Source of the DNA: a virus
Lineage: Duplodnaviria; Caudoviricetes
Length of the DNA stretch: 44,894 nucleotides
Strand: one strand, 5' to 3'
IMG/VR virus record: IMGVR_UViG_3300037423_001351
Location: 1 to 44,894 of that record
The position numbers were made by a program, and so were the translations under genes. Of this stretch, positions 25,759 through 35,262 are shown piece by piece (position 1 is the stretch's first letter; every line of letters starts with the position of its first letter). Under the pieces are notes generated by a model, which saw only the letters and a list, made by a program, of their open reading frames with translations, did no database searches and was not told the DNA's origin.

Positions 25759-26231
25759 CGACCGGCGCCCATGAATGGGTTGAGCCAGTTGGTGAGAATG
25801 CAGGGTGCGCGCCTGAACGGCGGGGCATGGTGCCGCGAGTGTTGTTTCGGAGACTGAATCAGCCCCGTCTCTTGAAGGAGCCGCACGATCGTCGGAGCAT
25901 TGCGCGGACGGTGTGCCCAGTAGTGAACCTGAGTCGAGACAGCGATGCCGGCGACCAGGAACGCCAAGAAGCACGAAGCGCCCGCATTAAAGAACAACGC
26001 CAGGCCGACGATCGCGGCGAGCGCGAAGGTAGGGCCATTGCGATAGAGGAAGCTGTTCTCGGTGAACGCGAGGGGATCGCGGTGATGGAGATGCGCGTGG
26101 TATGCCAGGTATGGACCTAGCACCGGCGTATCCTCTGACAGCAGGTTGTCCTGCCACCAGTGAAAGGCGCCGCTGAGCAAGTCAGCGACGAGCCACCCGA
26201 GCACAGCTTGGCCGACGAGCGCGTAGATCAT
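25755..26231 (-). CDS. CarF/TMEM189/FAD4-family lipid desaturase
   Basis: ADLLSG.FHW.QD, H.HH.DP, Q.H.WAH, LQ..G.I.S..QH..HH, CI.T.WLNP histidine boxes; TM segments. Confidence 0.85.
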   Translation of the reverse strand: MIYALVGQAVLGWLVADLLSGAFHWWQDNLLSEDTPVLGPYLAYHAHLHHRDPLAFTENSFLYRNGPTFALAAIVGLALFFNAGASCFLAFLVAGIAVSTQVHYWAHRPRNAPTIVRLLQETGLIQSPKQHSRHHAPPFRRAPCILTNWLNPFMGAGR

Positions 26232-26860
26232 GCGGCGCCCACAAGTCGGGTGCCGAGCGGCATTGCCTCGTCGGGGTGAATGTAGAGGATGTCGGGACGC
26301 TGGTTGAACCGGCGGAAGTCCCAAACATACCAGGCGTATGTGTGTCGCGGGCTACCCTTGCTACCCTTGATCCATCGCGGCCGCTTGGTGACGATGATCT
26401 TCATGGCGAAGGGCTCGTCACGAAACAGGTCCATGCGCTCCTTGGCGCAGTCGTATTCATTGCGCAGGAACATCGCGACGAGGCCGCCGTGGGGCTTCAT
26501 CAGGTTCAGCGCGTGGCGGATGAACTGCTCCGCGAGCTCACCGTAGGGCGGGTTCGTGATGATCGCCGGCTGACCTTCGGTGAGTATCTTGGCCGGTGGT
26601 CGCTGGCATTTCAGGAAGTCGATGTTCGACACCCCGAAGCCGCGGTTGAATAGGTCGGTGCTGATTACACCGCGAACGCCTAGCTCCTGCAGGCGCTTCG
26701 ACAGGTCACCTTCGCCGCAGGCGCACTCCCACACGAAGAGATTCCACACGTCGATGTAGTGCGCGAGGCAGTCGAGGTTCTCGGGCGGCGTGGGGTAGAA
26801 GTCCCCTTCGACGCGCTCGAACTGAGGCTCGCCGAGCATGCAGGGGTCGGTCGGTCTCAC
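26228..26860 (-). CDS. orphan DNA amino-methyltransferase
   Basis: DFYPTP, VWECACGEG, STDL, IITNPPY motifs. Confidence 0.85.
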   Translation of the reverse strand: MRPTDPCMLGEPQFERVEGDFYPTPPENLDCLAHYIDVWNLFVWECACGEGDLSKRLQELGVRGVISTDLFNRGFGVSNIDFLKCQRPPAKILTEGQPAIITNPPYGELAEQFIRHALNLMKPHGGLVAMFLRNEYDCAKERMDLFRDEPFAMKIIVTKRPRWIKGSKGSPRHTYAWYVWDFRRFNQRPDILYIHPDEAMPLGTRLVGAA

Positions 26861-27006
26861 TGGAGGACCATCGCCGCCAGAATAAGAATGACGCCCAGGG
26901 CACCGACGAAATTGGCAACGTCCTCGCCGAAGAACCAATCGGCGGCGAGATTGCCGACGATCGCGAGCGCCAGGCCGAGCTCGACGAGGACGTTTGCCAG
27001 GATCAT
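26857..27006 (-). CDS. small two-TM protein (49 aa)
   Basis: hand translation MILANVLVELGLALAIVGNLAADWFFGEDVANFVGALGVILILAAMVLQ; GTGA overlap downstream. Confidence 0.6.
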   Translation of the reverse strand: MILANVLVELGLALAIVGNLAADWFFGEDVANFVGALGVILILAAMVLQ

Positions 27007-27009
27007 TGG

Positions 27010-27246
27010 TTAGGCGTTGGCCTTCGTGACGATCTCGTCGACGAGGGTGTTGCCGGAGAAGTTGTTGGCGAAGATCGACGTGGACGCCTGGCCGTGGAGC
27101 TTAACCAAGGCACGGCTGCCGTCTGCACTGAACACTTCCAGCTCGCTGCTGGTCATGCCGGTGACCTTCTTCACGAACGGCTTGGTGCCGGTCACGGAGA
27201 CGGTCGTGACTCCATCGTCCAGCGTGAACGCTGCGGTGACGCTCAT
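27010..27246 (-). CDS. hypothetical protein
   Basis: AAGGA SD, biased codon usage. Confidence 0.75.
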   Translation of the reverse strand: MSVTAAFTLDDGVTTVSVTGTKPFVKKVTGMTSSELEVFSADGSRALVKLHGQASTSIFANNFSGNTLVDEIVTKANA

Positions 27247-27272
27247 TTATTTATTCCTTTCAGGTGCTTGGG

Positions 27273-27524
27273 TCAGAACTGGGCTTGGTCGGCGAGGAGG
27301 ATCTCGTTCGCCTTTTCGATCACCGCCTGGGCGTCCTGGACCCTGGCGAAGACTACGTTCGAGGCGAGACGCGCCTTCGAGCGCACCGATGGGCTGGTCA
27401 CCTGCCCGGTGCTGTCGAGGATGTCGGCGCTCGTGTGGTTGTATTGGCGCAGCCTCCAAGGGCCGACGCCCTTCATGGTCACTTCGCCGATACCGTTGAT
27501 GGTGAACTTGATTGGATTGCTCAT
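27273..27524 (-). CDS. hypothetical protein
   Basis: promoter upstream, biased codon usage. Confidence 0.75.
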   Translation of the reverse strand: MSNPIKFTINGIGEVTMKGVGPWRLRQYNHTSADILDSTGQVTSPSVRSKARLASNVVFARVQDAQAVIEKANEILLADQAQF

Positions 27525-27549
27525 GGGGTCTCTCTACTGTCGAGTGCAT

Positions 27550-27578
27550 GTGTTACAAAACGCATGCACCCAAGTCAA
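27550..27578 (-). promoter_or_regulatory. sigma70-like promoter
   Basis: TTGACT-N17-TAACAC on minus strand. Confidence 0.5.
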
Positions 27579-27582
27579 GCGA

Positions 27583-29619
27583 TCATTGGCAGGACAGGCA
27601 CTCAGGCTCGTCGACATACATCGGACCCGAAGCTTCGATCTGAGCTTGGGGCATCTCGCCGGCGACGTTGCTGACGGCCATGGCCTTCGATGCCGTGCGC
27701 GAGCGCAGATAGTAGAGGCTCTTGAGCCCCATTTCCCACGCCAGCTTGTGAACCGCGTTCAGGTCTTTCTTGTGAACGGTTGCCGGCAGGAAGATGTTCA
27801 CCGACTGCGACTGACAGACGAATGGGGTCCGATCCGCGGCGTGCTTCACGAGCCAGCGCTGGTCCATCTCAAACGCTGTGCGAAACACACCCTTCTCGGC
27901 AGGGCAGAGGTAGGGCAGGTGCTGCACCGAGCCGTCATTGATCGTGATCGACTGCCACTGCTTTTCGAGCCAGGTCTCTTCGTCGAGCTCCATGATCCCG
28001 GCGAACATTGGCTGGTCACCGAGCAGGAACCGCACCGTCTTGTTCATACGCTCAAGGCTGGAACGCAGCTGCTGGTAGCGGCGCCGGAGCTGGGCATCGA
28101 GATACTTGTTCTTCACGAGGAAGCTGCCCGAGAGCGTCTTTTGGGTGTAGGCGTTCGCCGGGGTCGGCTCACCGCAGGGCGAAGCACCGCCGGCGATGAT
28201 CGAGATCGAGGCGGTTGGCGCCACCGAGAAGACGTGGGTCAGGCGACGGGGTGCGATGTTGGGTTCAATCTCGCGAGCGTCGATGCTGTCGGGGCATTCC
28301 CCGCGCTCGTGAGCCATGCGCGCGTTCTCAACGTCAGCGGTGACCGACAGCCACTCCCACAGCTTCTTGTTGACGTTCTGCGCCGCAACGCTCTCGTAGG
28401 GGATCTCCTTCGATTGCAGGTAGGAGTGGAAGCCCATGATACCGCCACCGACTGACCGCTCGCGCTCGGCTGCATAGCGAGCGCGCTCGAAGCCCATGTA
28501 ATCGCGGCTGTTGTCGATGAACTGCTGAAGGATATTGTCGAGGAAGCGCATGAAGTCGCCGATGAACGCGGTGTTCCCGAACCACTGGTCCATCGTCTCC
28601 ATGTTCAGCGACGAGAGGCAGCAGACTGCGGTGCGCCAATTGCCCAGGTGGTCGGGGCCTGTCGGAAGGGTTATCTCCGAGCAGAGGTTCGACTGATAGA
28701 CCTTGAGGCCGAGCGCGTTGTGAATCTCCGGCTGACCCTTCGTAACCGCGTCCTCGAAGATGATGTAAGGCTCGCCGGTCTCCAGGCGGTTGGTGATAAG
28801 CTTAATCCAGAGCTCGCGGGCGTTGACAGTCGAAATGACTTCGCCTGACTTGGGACTCACGAGGTTCCAGGTGCGGTCGGCGTTCTCGCTCTCGTCGAAC
28901 ACCTTCTCCATGAACGCGTCGGGAATGACGACGCCGTGGTGCATGTTGTGAGCCTTGCGCCGCGGATCGCCACCATTCGCGTCAGACGGCCGGCGGATGG
29001 TCAGGAATTCTTCGATCTCGGGGTGGCTGATGTGCAGGTAGCCAGCTGCAGAGCCGCGCCGGAGACTGCCCTGGCTGATCGCGAGGGTCTGCGCATCCTG
29101 CCAGTGCAGGAACGGGATGATGCCGCTGGTCTTGCCGGTCAGCGAGCCTGCAATCGGTTCGTTGATCGAGCGAACGGGACTCCAGCAGGTGCCGATGCCG
29201 CCGCCTTTCGCTGCGAGCCAGATGTTCTCCCATGTCGCCTGTGCGATCGACTCCATGCTGTCGCCGACGAGGTTGAGAAAGCAGCTGATCGGGAGACCGC
29301 GCGAGACGCCGGAATTGGTGAGCACCGGGGTCGCCGGCATGAACCACAGCTGCGAGATTGCGTCGTAGAGCCGCTGCGCGTGGCCGTTCTGCTCACCGCG
29401 GACAAACTCGTCGGAGTTGGCGCAAGCTACGCGGGCGAACAGATCCTGGTAGCTCTCGCCTGGGAGGAGGTAGCGGTCGCGCAGGGTCGCTCGACCGAAG
29501 TCCGTCAGAAGCTCGTCACGACTGTCGTCCACCTGGATTACAATTGGGTCGCCTTCAACATCTTCAAAGGCATACGGGCGCACGGAAGCACCCGCGGGCG
29601 ACGGATCGGCTGCGGACAT
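27583..29619 (-). CDS. nrdA: ribonucleotide reductase class I alpha subunit (no evident ATP-cone)
   Basis: PATP, ISCFL, GGGIG, SNLCSEI, APTAS, KSLYY, C-terminal CLSCQ. Confidence 0.95.
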   Translation of the reverse strand: MSAADPSPAGASVRPYAFEDVEGDPIVIQVDDSRDELLTDFGRATLRDRYLLPGESYQDLFARVACANSDEFVRGEQNGHAQRLYDAISQLWFMPATPVLTNSGVSRGLPISCFLNLVGDSMESIAQATWENIWLAAKGGGIGTCWSPVRSINEPIAGSLTGKTSGIIPFLHWQDAQTLAISQGSLRRGSAAGYLHISHPEIEEFLTIRRPSDANGGDPRRKAHNMHHGVVIPDAFMEKVFDESENADRTWNLVSPKSGEVISTVNARELWIKLITNRLETGEPYIIFEDAVTKGQPEIHNALGLKVYQSNLCSEITLPTGPDHLGNWRTAVCCLSSLNMETMDQWFGNTAFIGDFMRFLDNILQQFIDNSRDYMGFERARYAAERERSVGGGIMGFHSYLQSKEIPYESVAAQNVNKKLWEWLSVTADVENARMAHERGECPDSIDAREIEPNIAPRRLTHVFSVAPTASISIIAGGASPCGEPTPANAYTQKTLSGSFLVKNKYLDAQLRRRYQQLRSSLERMNKTVRFLLGDQPMFAGIMELDEETWLEKQWQSITINDGSVQHLPYLCPAEKGVFRTAFEMDQRWLVKHAADRTPFVCQSQSVNIFLPATVHKKDLNAVHKLAWEMGLKSLYYLRSRTASKAMAVSNVAGEMPQAQIEASGPMYVDEPECLSCQ

Positions 29620-29700
29620 TTGAAATTCTACTCCTGGTATTCGGTGTTCGGTTGGGCGCTAAGTATAGCGCAGCGCATGTGTGTTGACTAGCATGCACCG

Positions 29701-30306
29701 CTAAGAAATAAGTGAGGCGAGCATCCCACACAGCTGAAAAAACTGTTGCGTTTTGAGCGCCGCCGCGACCGCACCGCAGCTGTCAGCAGGGTGCTCGGCC
29801 TTCTTGCCGATGAAACCCTTGCCGAACGGGTTGGGAATCTCCCACTCGTTCGTCTGGTGGCTCTGCGGCATACCGGATAGATCGCCTTCGAGCTCAAGCG
29901 CCCAGCGAACAATGTCTTCCTTGTCGGCGATCTTGTTGCCGCAGGTGGCGAGCTTGACCTCGGTGGGGGTGACCTCGATCAGGGGCACCGGGAGCGCCGC
30001 CAGGAGACCGACCGAAATACCGAAGGCGTAGCAAGCTGACGCCGACTGCGCACCGCTGGGGACTTCGCCCGCCGCGAGCTTGATGTTGTGCTGCGCGATC
30101 ACTGCTAGAATCTCGTTTCTGATCTTGCGCGCTCGCTCTAGCGCATCGCTGCTCTTGCGAACGCTCTTGATCTTCGTCGGTGCGGTCTCGATCAAACCGA
30201 CCGCTAGAACGCGCTCGATTTGGCGGGTGTCGGTGTTGACCGCGATCACGGACCATCCGGTCGCGGTGAGGCTGGGGTCGATCCCCAGGATATTGATGAT
30301 GCTCAT
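29701..30306 (-). CDS. RuvC-like Holliday junction resolvase
   Basis: ILGIDPSL..TG, AGEVP, V.P.EVK, A.K, EH.AD catalytic pattern. Confidence 0.85.
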   Translation of the reverse strand: MSIINILGIDPSLTATGWSVIAVNTDTRQIERVLAVGLIETAPTKIKSVRKSSDALERARKIRNEILAVIAQHNIKLAAGEVPSGAQSASACYAFGISVGLLAALPVPLIEVTPTEVKLATCGNKIADKEDIVRWALELEGDLSGMPQSHQTNEWEIPNPFGKGFIGKKAEHPADSCGAVAAALKTQQFFQLCGMLASLIS

Positions 30307-30677
30307 TTGTCTAGTCCGATTGCCTTCCTGATATCTATCTGTTGCCGGCGGCGGCCGACTTGCTCGCCGTATTCCCAGCGCTCTTTCATGATCCGAATGA
30401 TCGCCGCGGCCATGTCGGGTTCGACTGTTCCGGGGAACGTGGGGAAGTAGTAATCGCCAGCCTCGCGCAGCAGCCAGGGCGGAAGCTTCTGTCCGCGCCA
30501 CTGACCATCGTCGGTCGGGCGCAGATAGGTGTAGAAGCCGTCCTCGCGGGTGCCGTCAGAACGGGAGACCGTGAACACCACGCCATAGGCGCGGAATTTG
30601 GACACGAGCAGCCCATTCGACCAATGGTCGGCCGCCTGAACGATCTCGAAATCCTCGGGCAGATCGTATAGGCGCAT
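30303..30677 (-). CDS. hypothetical protein
   Basis: TGATG coupling. Confidence 0.7.
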   Translation of the reverse strand: MRLYDLPEDFEIVQAADHWSNGLLVSKFRAYGVVFTVSRSDGTREDGFYTYLRPTDDGQWRGQKLPPWLLREAGDYYFPTFPGTVEPDMAAAIIRIMKERWEYGEQVGRRRQQIDIRKAIGLDK

Positions 30678-31048
30678 CACCCATCCACTGCAGTTTTTGG
30701 AGCTCCGGCGGCGGGAGCCATATTACGGTTCCGACCATGCCACGCGTCGAGCTTTTCCTGCGCGTGCTGCTCGCAGCGCCATGCTCGCTTCGCTGCCCAT
30801 CGTTCCATCCGAAGACGCTCGTTGTCCTCGGTGGAACAGTCGACGCATGTGAAGGTGTAGCCACCTGGCGCCCAGCCGAACATCGCCAGGTCTGGTGTCT
30901 CGCCGGGCATCGGTTCGTAGGGTGGCAGCGGCTTGTTAGGTTCGACCGTCGAGAGCCAGAGCTGCGCTTCGGCTTTCTGCGGACCATCTCCCTCGGCTAG
31001 TCCCTTGATGTGGTCATAGAGCGACTGCGGAACGATCACCTTCTGCAT
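30677..31048 (-). CDS. zinc-binding hypothetical protein
   Basis: FGWAPGGY...C.DC...KRAWRC..H pattern. Confidence 0.7.
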   Translation of the reverse strand: MQKVIVPQSLYDHIKGLAEGDGPQKAEAQLWLSTVEPNKPLPPYEPMPGETPDLAMFGWAPGGYTFTCVDCSTEDNERLRMERWAAKRAWRCEQHAQEKLDAWHGRNRNMAPAAGAPKTAVDG

Positions 31049-31299
31049 CAACGCTGCCCTTCGGGAATATCGATGATGGTCTCGAAGGGCGGTTCACAGC
31101 CAAGCGAACACAGGTGACCAAGGCTGCTCATCAAATCCCATAGCTGGAACATGGAATAGCCTTCCTCGTCGACCTTGGGCGCCTTCCACTCTCTGATCGC
31201 CGGAGCACGCCGGCGGACTTCTTCGTGCTGGCGCCGGAGCTCGTCGAGCCCCTTCTGCTTGAGCTTCACGCGGACGTAATGGTTGACGTTGAACTGCAT
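31048..31299 (-). CDS. phage hypothetical protein
   Basis: FN.N.YV.VKL...G...DEEGY..FQLW.LM pattern. Confidence 0.75.
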   Translation of the reverse strand: MQFNVNHYVRVKLKQKGLDELRRQHEEVRRRAPAIREWKAPKVDEEGYSMFQLWDLMSSLGHLCSLGCEPPFETIIDIPEGQR

Positions 31300-31880
31300 C
31301 AGAACGTCCCAAACCCTTCGATGTGCTCCAGCGCATCGTCGTTCGCCTGGTTCTTCGCCACGTCCTGGGCGCGCTTGAAGCCCTCGGTGATGATGGGGTG
31401 CATCTGCGCGTTCTTGAGGATGAGGCGACGAATGTCTGTGTCGAGCGCGGCGATCTTGACCTCGTAGTGTCGCACGTCGCGGATCCTCTGTTCGATGTCG
31501 TCAGCGAGGGACAGGAACAGGTTGCACACGTCATTCCAGGAGAGCTCGATCGCCTCGATCAGCTCCATGTCCCCGCGGCTGGACTTGCGCTCGATGCGCT
31601 GCTTCGGCCGGAAGCGAAAGATGATGCCCTCGCGCTTGCCCACTCGCATGCTGTCGCATTCGAGCGCGGTGTTGATCGGTAGATTGAACTTCCGGTAGCC
31701 CTTGCCCGCGACCTCGCCGACGACGAGCTGCGGCATTTGCGTAACCACGGAGCCGCGCGAGCCGACCCGGTGGAACGCGTCTGCGAGCCACACGAGTTGC
31801 TTGATCGAGGGGGTCTTTGCTGCTGCTTCGATATGTTCCGGCGACGGCGGGGTAACCGGCGCTTTCTTCTTCCCGCTCAT
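31299..31880 (-). CDS. hypothetical protein ending ...IEGFGTF
   Basis: ATGA overlap. Confidence 0.8.
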   Translation of the reverse strand: MSGKKKAPVTPPSPEHIEAAAKTPSIKQLVWLADAFHRVGSRGSVVTQMPQLVVGEVAGKGYRKFNLPINTALECDSMRVGKREGIIFRFRPKQRIERKSSRGDMELIEAIELSWNDVCNLFLSLADDIEQRIRDVRHYEVKIAALDTDIRRLILKNAQMHPIITEGFKRAQDVAKNQANDDALEHIEGFGTF

Positions 31881-32068
31881 TCGACCGGCGCACCCTTATC
31901 CGATGCCATTGCGCGCAGGCGATCGGCCAGGCGCAGGGAGTTCAAAGCGAACTCCACATGGATGTTGAAGGTCTTTGCGCCGAGGACGCTCTCGCTCGCT
32001 TCGGAGGCTGCTTTCAGCGCCTTCTCTTCGAGCTTGTCGGCAATCGCATTCAGTTCTTTCTGTTCCAA
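31877..32068 (-). CDS. hypothetical protein
   Basis: TTG start just after the SbcC-like stop, GGAG SD. Confidence 0.6.
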   Translation of the reverse strand: MEQKELNAIADKLEEKALKAASEASESVLGAKTFNIHVEFALNSLRLADRLRAMASDKGAPVE

Positions 32069-32069
32069 T

Positions 32070-34007
32070 TTAACTCTCCGTCACTGTTGCCCGCTGGTTG
32101 ACCTTCGTCACGACGAAGGACCGCCGGCAGAAATCCTTGATGTCGTTGTGGGAGATCACGAGGACCGTTCCACGATCGCGCGCCTTCTCTTCGAGGACAC
32201 CCATGAGCCGTTCTAGACCGGCGCTATCGAGCGCATCGTCAATCTCGTCGCCAATCCACAGGTCGATCGCTTTTGCTGCCCTGGTCGCCACGAGATCCTG
32301 GAGGGCGAGCGCGCATGCGAGCCGCACCTTCCGCTTCTCACCGCCCGACAGGTTCTTGAAGCTGCCGGAGCCAACGCCCTTCTTCTCGACCGTGACGGAG
32401 AATTTCTCGGTCAGGTCGCCGTTCTTCTTCTCGGACAGGGTGGTCCAGTAGGCGTCGATCGAGCCGTCCGAGAGCGAGCCCAGGTAGTGGGCGGTGCGTT
32501 CGTTCAGATACGGGGTCGCCTCGTCGAGGCGCCGGGCACGAACGCCGGCAGGGGCGAACACCTGCACGACCGCGCTGGCGTATTTCTCCTCCTCGATCGC
32601 GGCGAGGGCAGTCTGCTTTGCAGCTTCGACTGCCTGCTCGCGCTGCTCGATGTTGACTTTCGCAGCCTCGATCATCGGCAGGAACGGGTTGCTCTCATTC
32701 TGTGACGCCTGCCATTGCAACGCGGCGGTCTTTGCCACCTGCTTGAGGCGATCGACTTCGACCTCCTGGGCAGCGATGATCTGCCGCTCACGGTTGAGGT
32801 TCTGGAGCTCGGTGGTGGCTCCGCTGATGTCCGTCATGCTCTCGCGGTGCTTCACGAGCTCCACGTCGGCATCTTCGAGCATCTTCTCGGCCGCTTCGAG
32901 CTTGATCTTGCGGGCTGCGAGCTCCGCGTGGGCATCCTTGAGCTTCTGGTCGGCTGCCGCTCGCACCGCAGCCAGGTCAGCGGCGGTGACTTCCTTGCCG
33001 CACTCACCGCAGTTGGTGCCGCAGCGATGGTCGACGTTGGCGACACCACGCTCGGCGATCTGGACCTGGGTGTGTGCCTGGGCGACCGCTTGCTTCGCGG
33101 AATGGAAGGTCGCGTTGACCGTGTTGTAGGTCTGCTGGAGCGATGCCTCCCGCTGACGCTCGCCGTCAACCGCGTGGATCCTCTGCTGGACCTCCGCGAT
33201 GCGCCCGTCGAGCTCGGTGTAGGCGGTGCGGTCGAACGCTGCATCAGCCTGCTTGAACTCGGCCGCCTTGCGCACGGTCTCATCCTTCAGGCGCTCGATC
33301 TTGAGCTTCTGCTGACCGCTCCAATTCGCAGCGTTCGCCTCGGCTGACGCGAGCTGGTCGTTCGCGTCGTTCAGACGGTCGGTTGCACGGTCATAAGCGA
33401 TTTGCGCACTAGCGCGCACGTCAGACGCGTTGCGAGCGCGTTCCCTCGCTAGGTCGTAAGCATTCGACAGCACGTCGACGCCAGCTGCTTGCTCGACGAG
33501 GAGCTTGAGCTGCTTGTCGGTCATGTTGGGAATGTCGGGCATCTGCTCCTGACCGGAGTAGACCGCGGCGTTGAACACTTCCTCGCTGCAGCCGAGCAAT
33601 CGCTCGATCTGCTTTTGCGTGAGTGCCGTGGTGCCCTTGGTGAGATCCACCATGGCGCCGTTGTCCATCTTGAACAGCTGGAGGTTGTTCTTCTCTTTCG
33701 GATACTTGCGGTGGCGCACGACCTGATAGAGATCGCCTTCGTCCAGGATGTTCACGGAGACTCGCGTCCCCTTGCCCTTGGGGCAGCCCCACATAACCAC
33801 ATCGTCGCCGGAGACACCGCGGGCGGTCTCGCCCCACAGACACCATGCGAGCGCATCGACCACCGACGACTTGCCGGTGCCATTACTGTCGGCCGAGCTA
33901 TCGTCCTGGTTATCGCCGGAGATGCTGACTAGGCCCTGGCCGTCGAGCGATACCTTTGCCTCGGCGATCGCGAGGAAGTTCTCTATTTCGAGTGACAGGA
34001 ACTTCAT
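32070..34007 (-). CDS. SbcC/Rad50/gp46-like ABC ATPase nuclease subunit
   Basis: NGTGKS Walker A, coiled coil with CGECG hook, LSGGE signature, IGDEIDDALD, ISH. Confidence 0.92.
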   Translation of the reverse strand: MKFLSLEIENFLAIAEAKVSLDGQGLVSISGDNQDDSSADSNGTGKSSVVDALAWCLWGETARGVSGDDVVMWGCPKGKGTRVSVNILDEGDLYQVVRHRKYPKEKNNLQLFKMDNGAMVDLTKGTTALTQKQIERLLGCSEEVFNAAVYSGQEQMPDIPNMTDKQLKLLVEQAAGVDVLSNAYDLARERARNASDVRASAQIAYDRATDRLNDANDQLASAEANAANWSGQQKLKIERLKDETVRKAAEFKQADAAFDRTAYTELDGRIAEVQQRIHAVDGERQREASLQQTYNTVNATFHSAKQAVAQAHTQVQIAERGVANVDHRCGTNCGECGKEVTAADLAAVRAAADQKLKDAHAELAARKIKLEAAEKMLEDADVELVKHRESMTDISGATTELQNLNRERQIIAAQEVEVDRLKQVAKTAALQWQASQNESNPFLPMIEAAKVNIEQREQAVEAAKQTALAAIEEEKYASAVVQVFAPAGVRARRLDEATPYLNERTAHYLGSLSDGSIDAYWTTLSEKKNGDLTEKFSVTVEKKGVGSGSFKNLSGGEKRKVRLACALALQDLVATRAAKAIDLWIGDEIDDALDSAGLERLMGVLEEKARDRGTVLVISHNDIKDFCRRSFVVTKVNQRATVTES

Positions 34008-34213
34008 GCCGGCTCGCCTCCAATGGTCTTGAGGTAGAATGAGCCGTCAGGACGGCGGGTGAGATCCTGTCGGTGACCTTCAATCACCCAGTAGAATGAG
34101 CCGTCCTTGCGCTGGTAAACCGTGCGCAACGCCGACCACATCGCAATCATTGGCCGCCCCATGTGATTATGGGCGTCAACGAGGACAGAGTGTCTACCAA
34201 TTGGGGCGTCCAT
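34004..34213 (-). CDS. hypothetical protein
   Basis: coupled ORF; internal duplicate R..DGSFY. Confidence 0.6.
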   Translation of the reverse strand: MDAPIGRHSVLVDAHNHMGRPMIAMWSALRTVYQRKDGSFYWVIEGHRQDLTRRPDGSFYLKTIGGEPA

Positions 34214-35262
34214 CACTCCGCCCCCACGCTTCGAGCGTCACGGAGCACGGCGAGCGCGTCGTCGGCGATGCGGCGCCGGGACAGTCCCTTGTCCACGTCG
34301 AGATCGTTGGCGACGTATTGCGCCACCGACACTTCGAGGGTCAGATTCTGCGGCGCTGCAACACCGCGGGTGTCCGGTCGCTTCTTGGACGAGTGGTCAA
34401 CGAAACCGGCGCAATCCTTATCCTTCAGGATGCGCTTCAGATCAGCCAGGTCTTTCTCGTCGACATCCTGCAGGCGGATGCGAACGTAATTGCCCGTCAC
34501 GTCATTGGAGAGATCGTTGAGATCGTCCAGGTTCATGAACTTGGGTGCGTGACTCTCATGGAACTCGTAGCGGTCGGGATAGACGAGCAGGAAGCCCGCC
34601 TTCGTGCCTGGGTCGCTCCACGTCTGATGCGTCGTCGCGCCGATCGAGATCACGCTGGGCACCGGCGCCGTGTGGTTGTGGTAGTGTCCGGTGAACACGC
34701 GCCTGAAGCCCCACTTGCTCACGTCCACAGGGTCGAGGCCGTGGTCGGGGAGACCACGAATGACACCGTTCAGGGGCGCGTGGATAATCAGGTCTCGAGT
34801 CTTGTCGGCGAACGGTGCGGCCGCCTTGCGAAGCTCGTCGAGCCCATCAATCCAGGGCAGCATCACGGTGCCGTCCTCGCAGAGGGTCGGTTTCGTGATA
34901 ACCTCGACGCCTTCGATCAGGTCGAGCTGCTGCATGGCGTTGCCGAGCTCGTCGGCGTGGACGCCTTCAAGGTCGTGGTTGCCGGGGATGATTTCGACAT
35001 CGATGCCCAGGCTCTCGCAGATGAACTTGAAGGTGGAGAACGTGGGGTTCAGCACCGAAGGGGCGATGTTCCCTCGAACGTGGAAGAGATCGCCGGCTAC
35101 GCGCAGTGTCGTGCCGCCCGCTTCCTTGAGGGCGACAGCGGCGCGCGAGAGCTCGTTCAGGATGATGTCGAGACGGCTGTTCACGCCGTCCGCCTTGATC
35201 TGACTGAACTGCGACCAATTGTGGCAGTGCAGATCAGAGACGAGGCCGTAGGGTGCGCTCAT
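34213..35262 (-). CDS. SbcD/Mre11/gp47-like metallophosphoesterase
   Basis: SDLH, GDLFH, GNHD, IH, GHYH motifs. Confidence 0.92.
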   Translation of the reverse strand: MSAPYGLVSDLHCHNWSQFSQIKADGVNSRLDIILNELSRAAVALKEAGGTTLRVAGDLFHVRGNIAPSVLNPTFSTFKFICESLGIDVEIIPGNHDLEGVHADELGNAMQQLDLIEGVEVITKPTLCEDGTVMLPWIDGLDELRKAAAPFADKTRDLIIHAPLNGVIRGLPDHGLDPVDVSKWGFRRVFTGHYHNHTAPVPSVISIGATTHQTWSDPGTKAGFLLVYPDRYEFHESHAPKFMNLDDLNDLSNDVTGNYVRIRLQDVDEKDLADLKRILKDKDCAGFVDHSSKKRPDTRGVAAPQNLTLEVSVAQYVANDLDVDKGLSRRRIADDALAVLRDARSVGAE

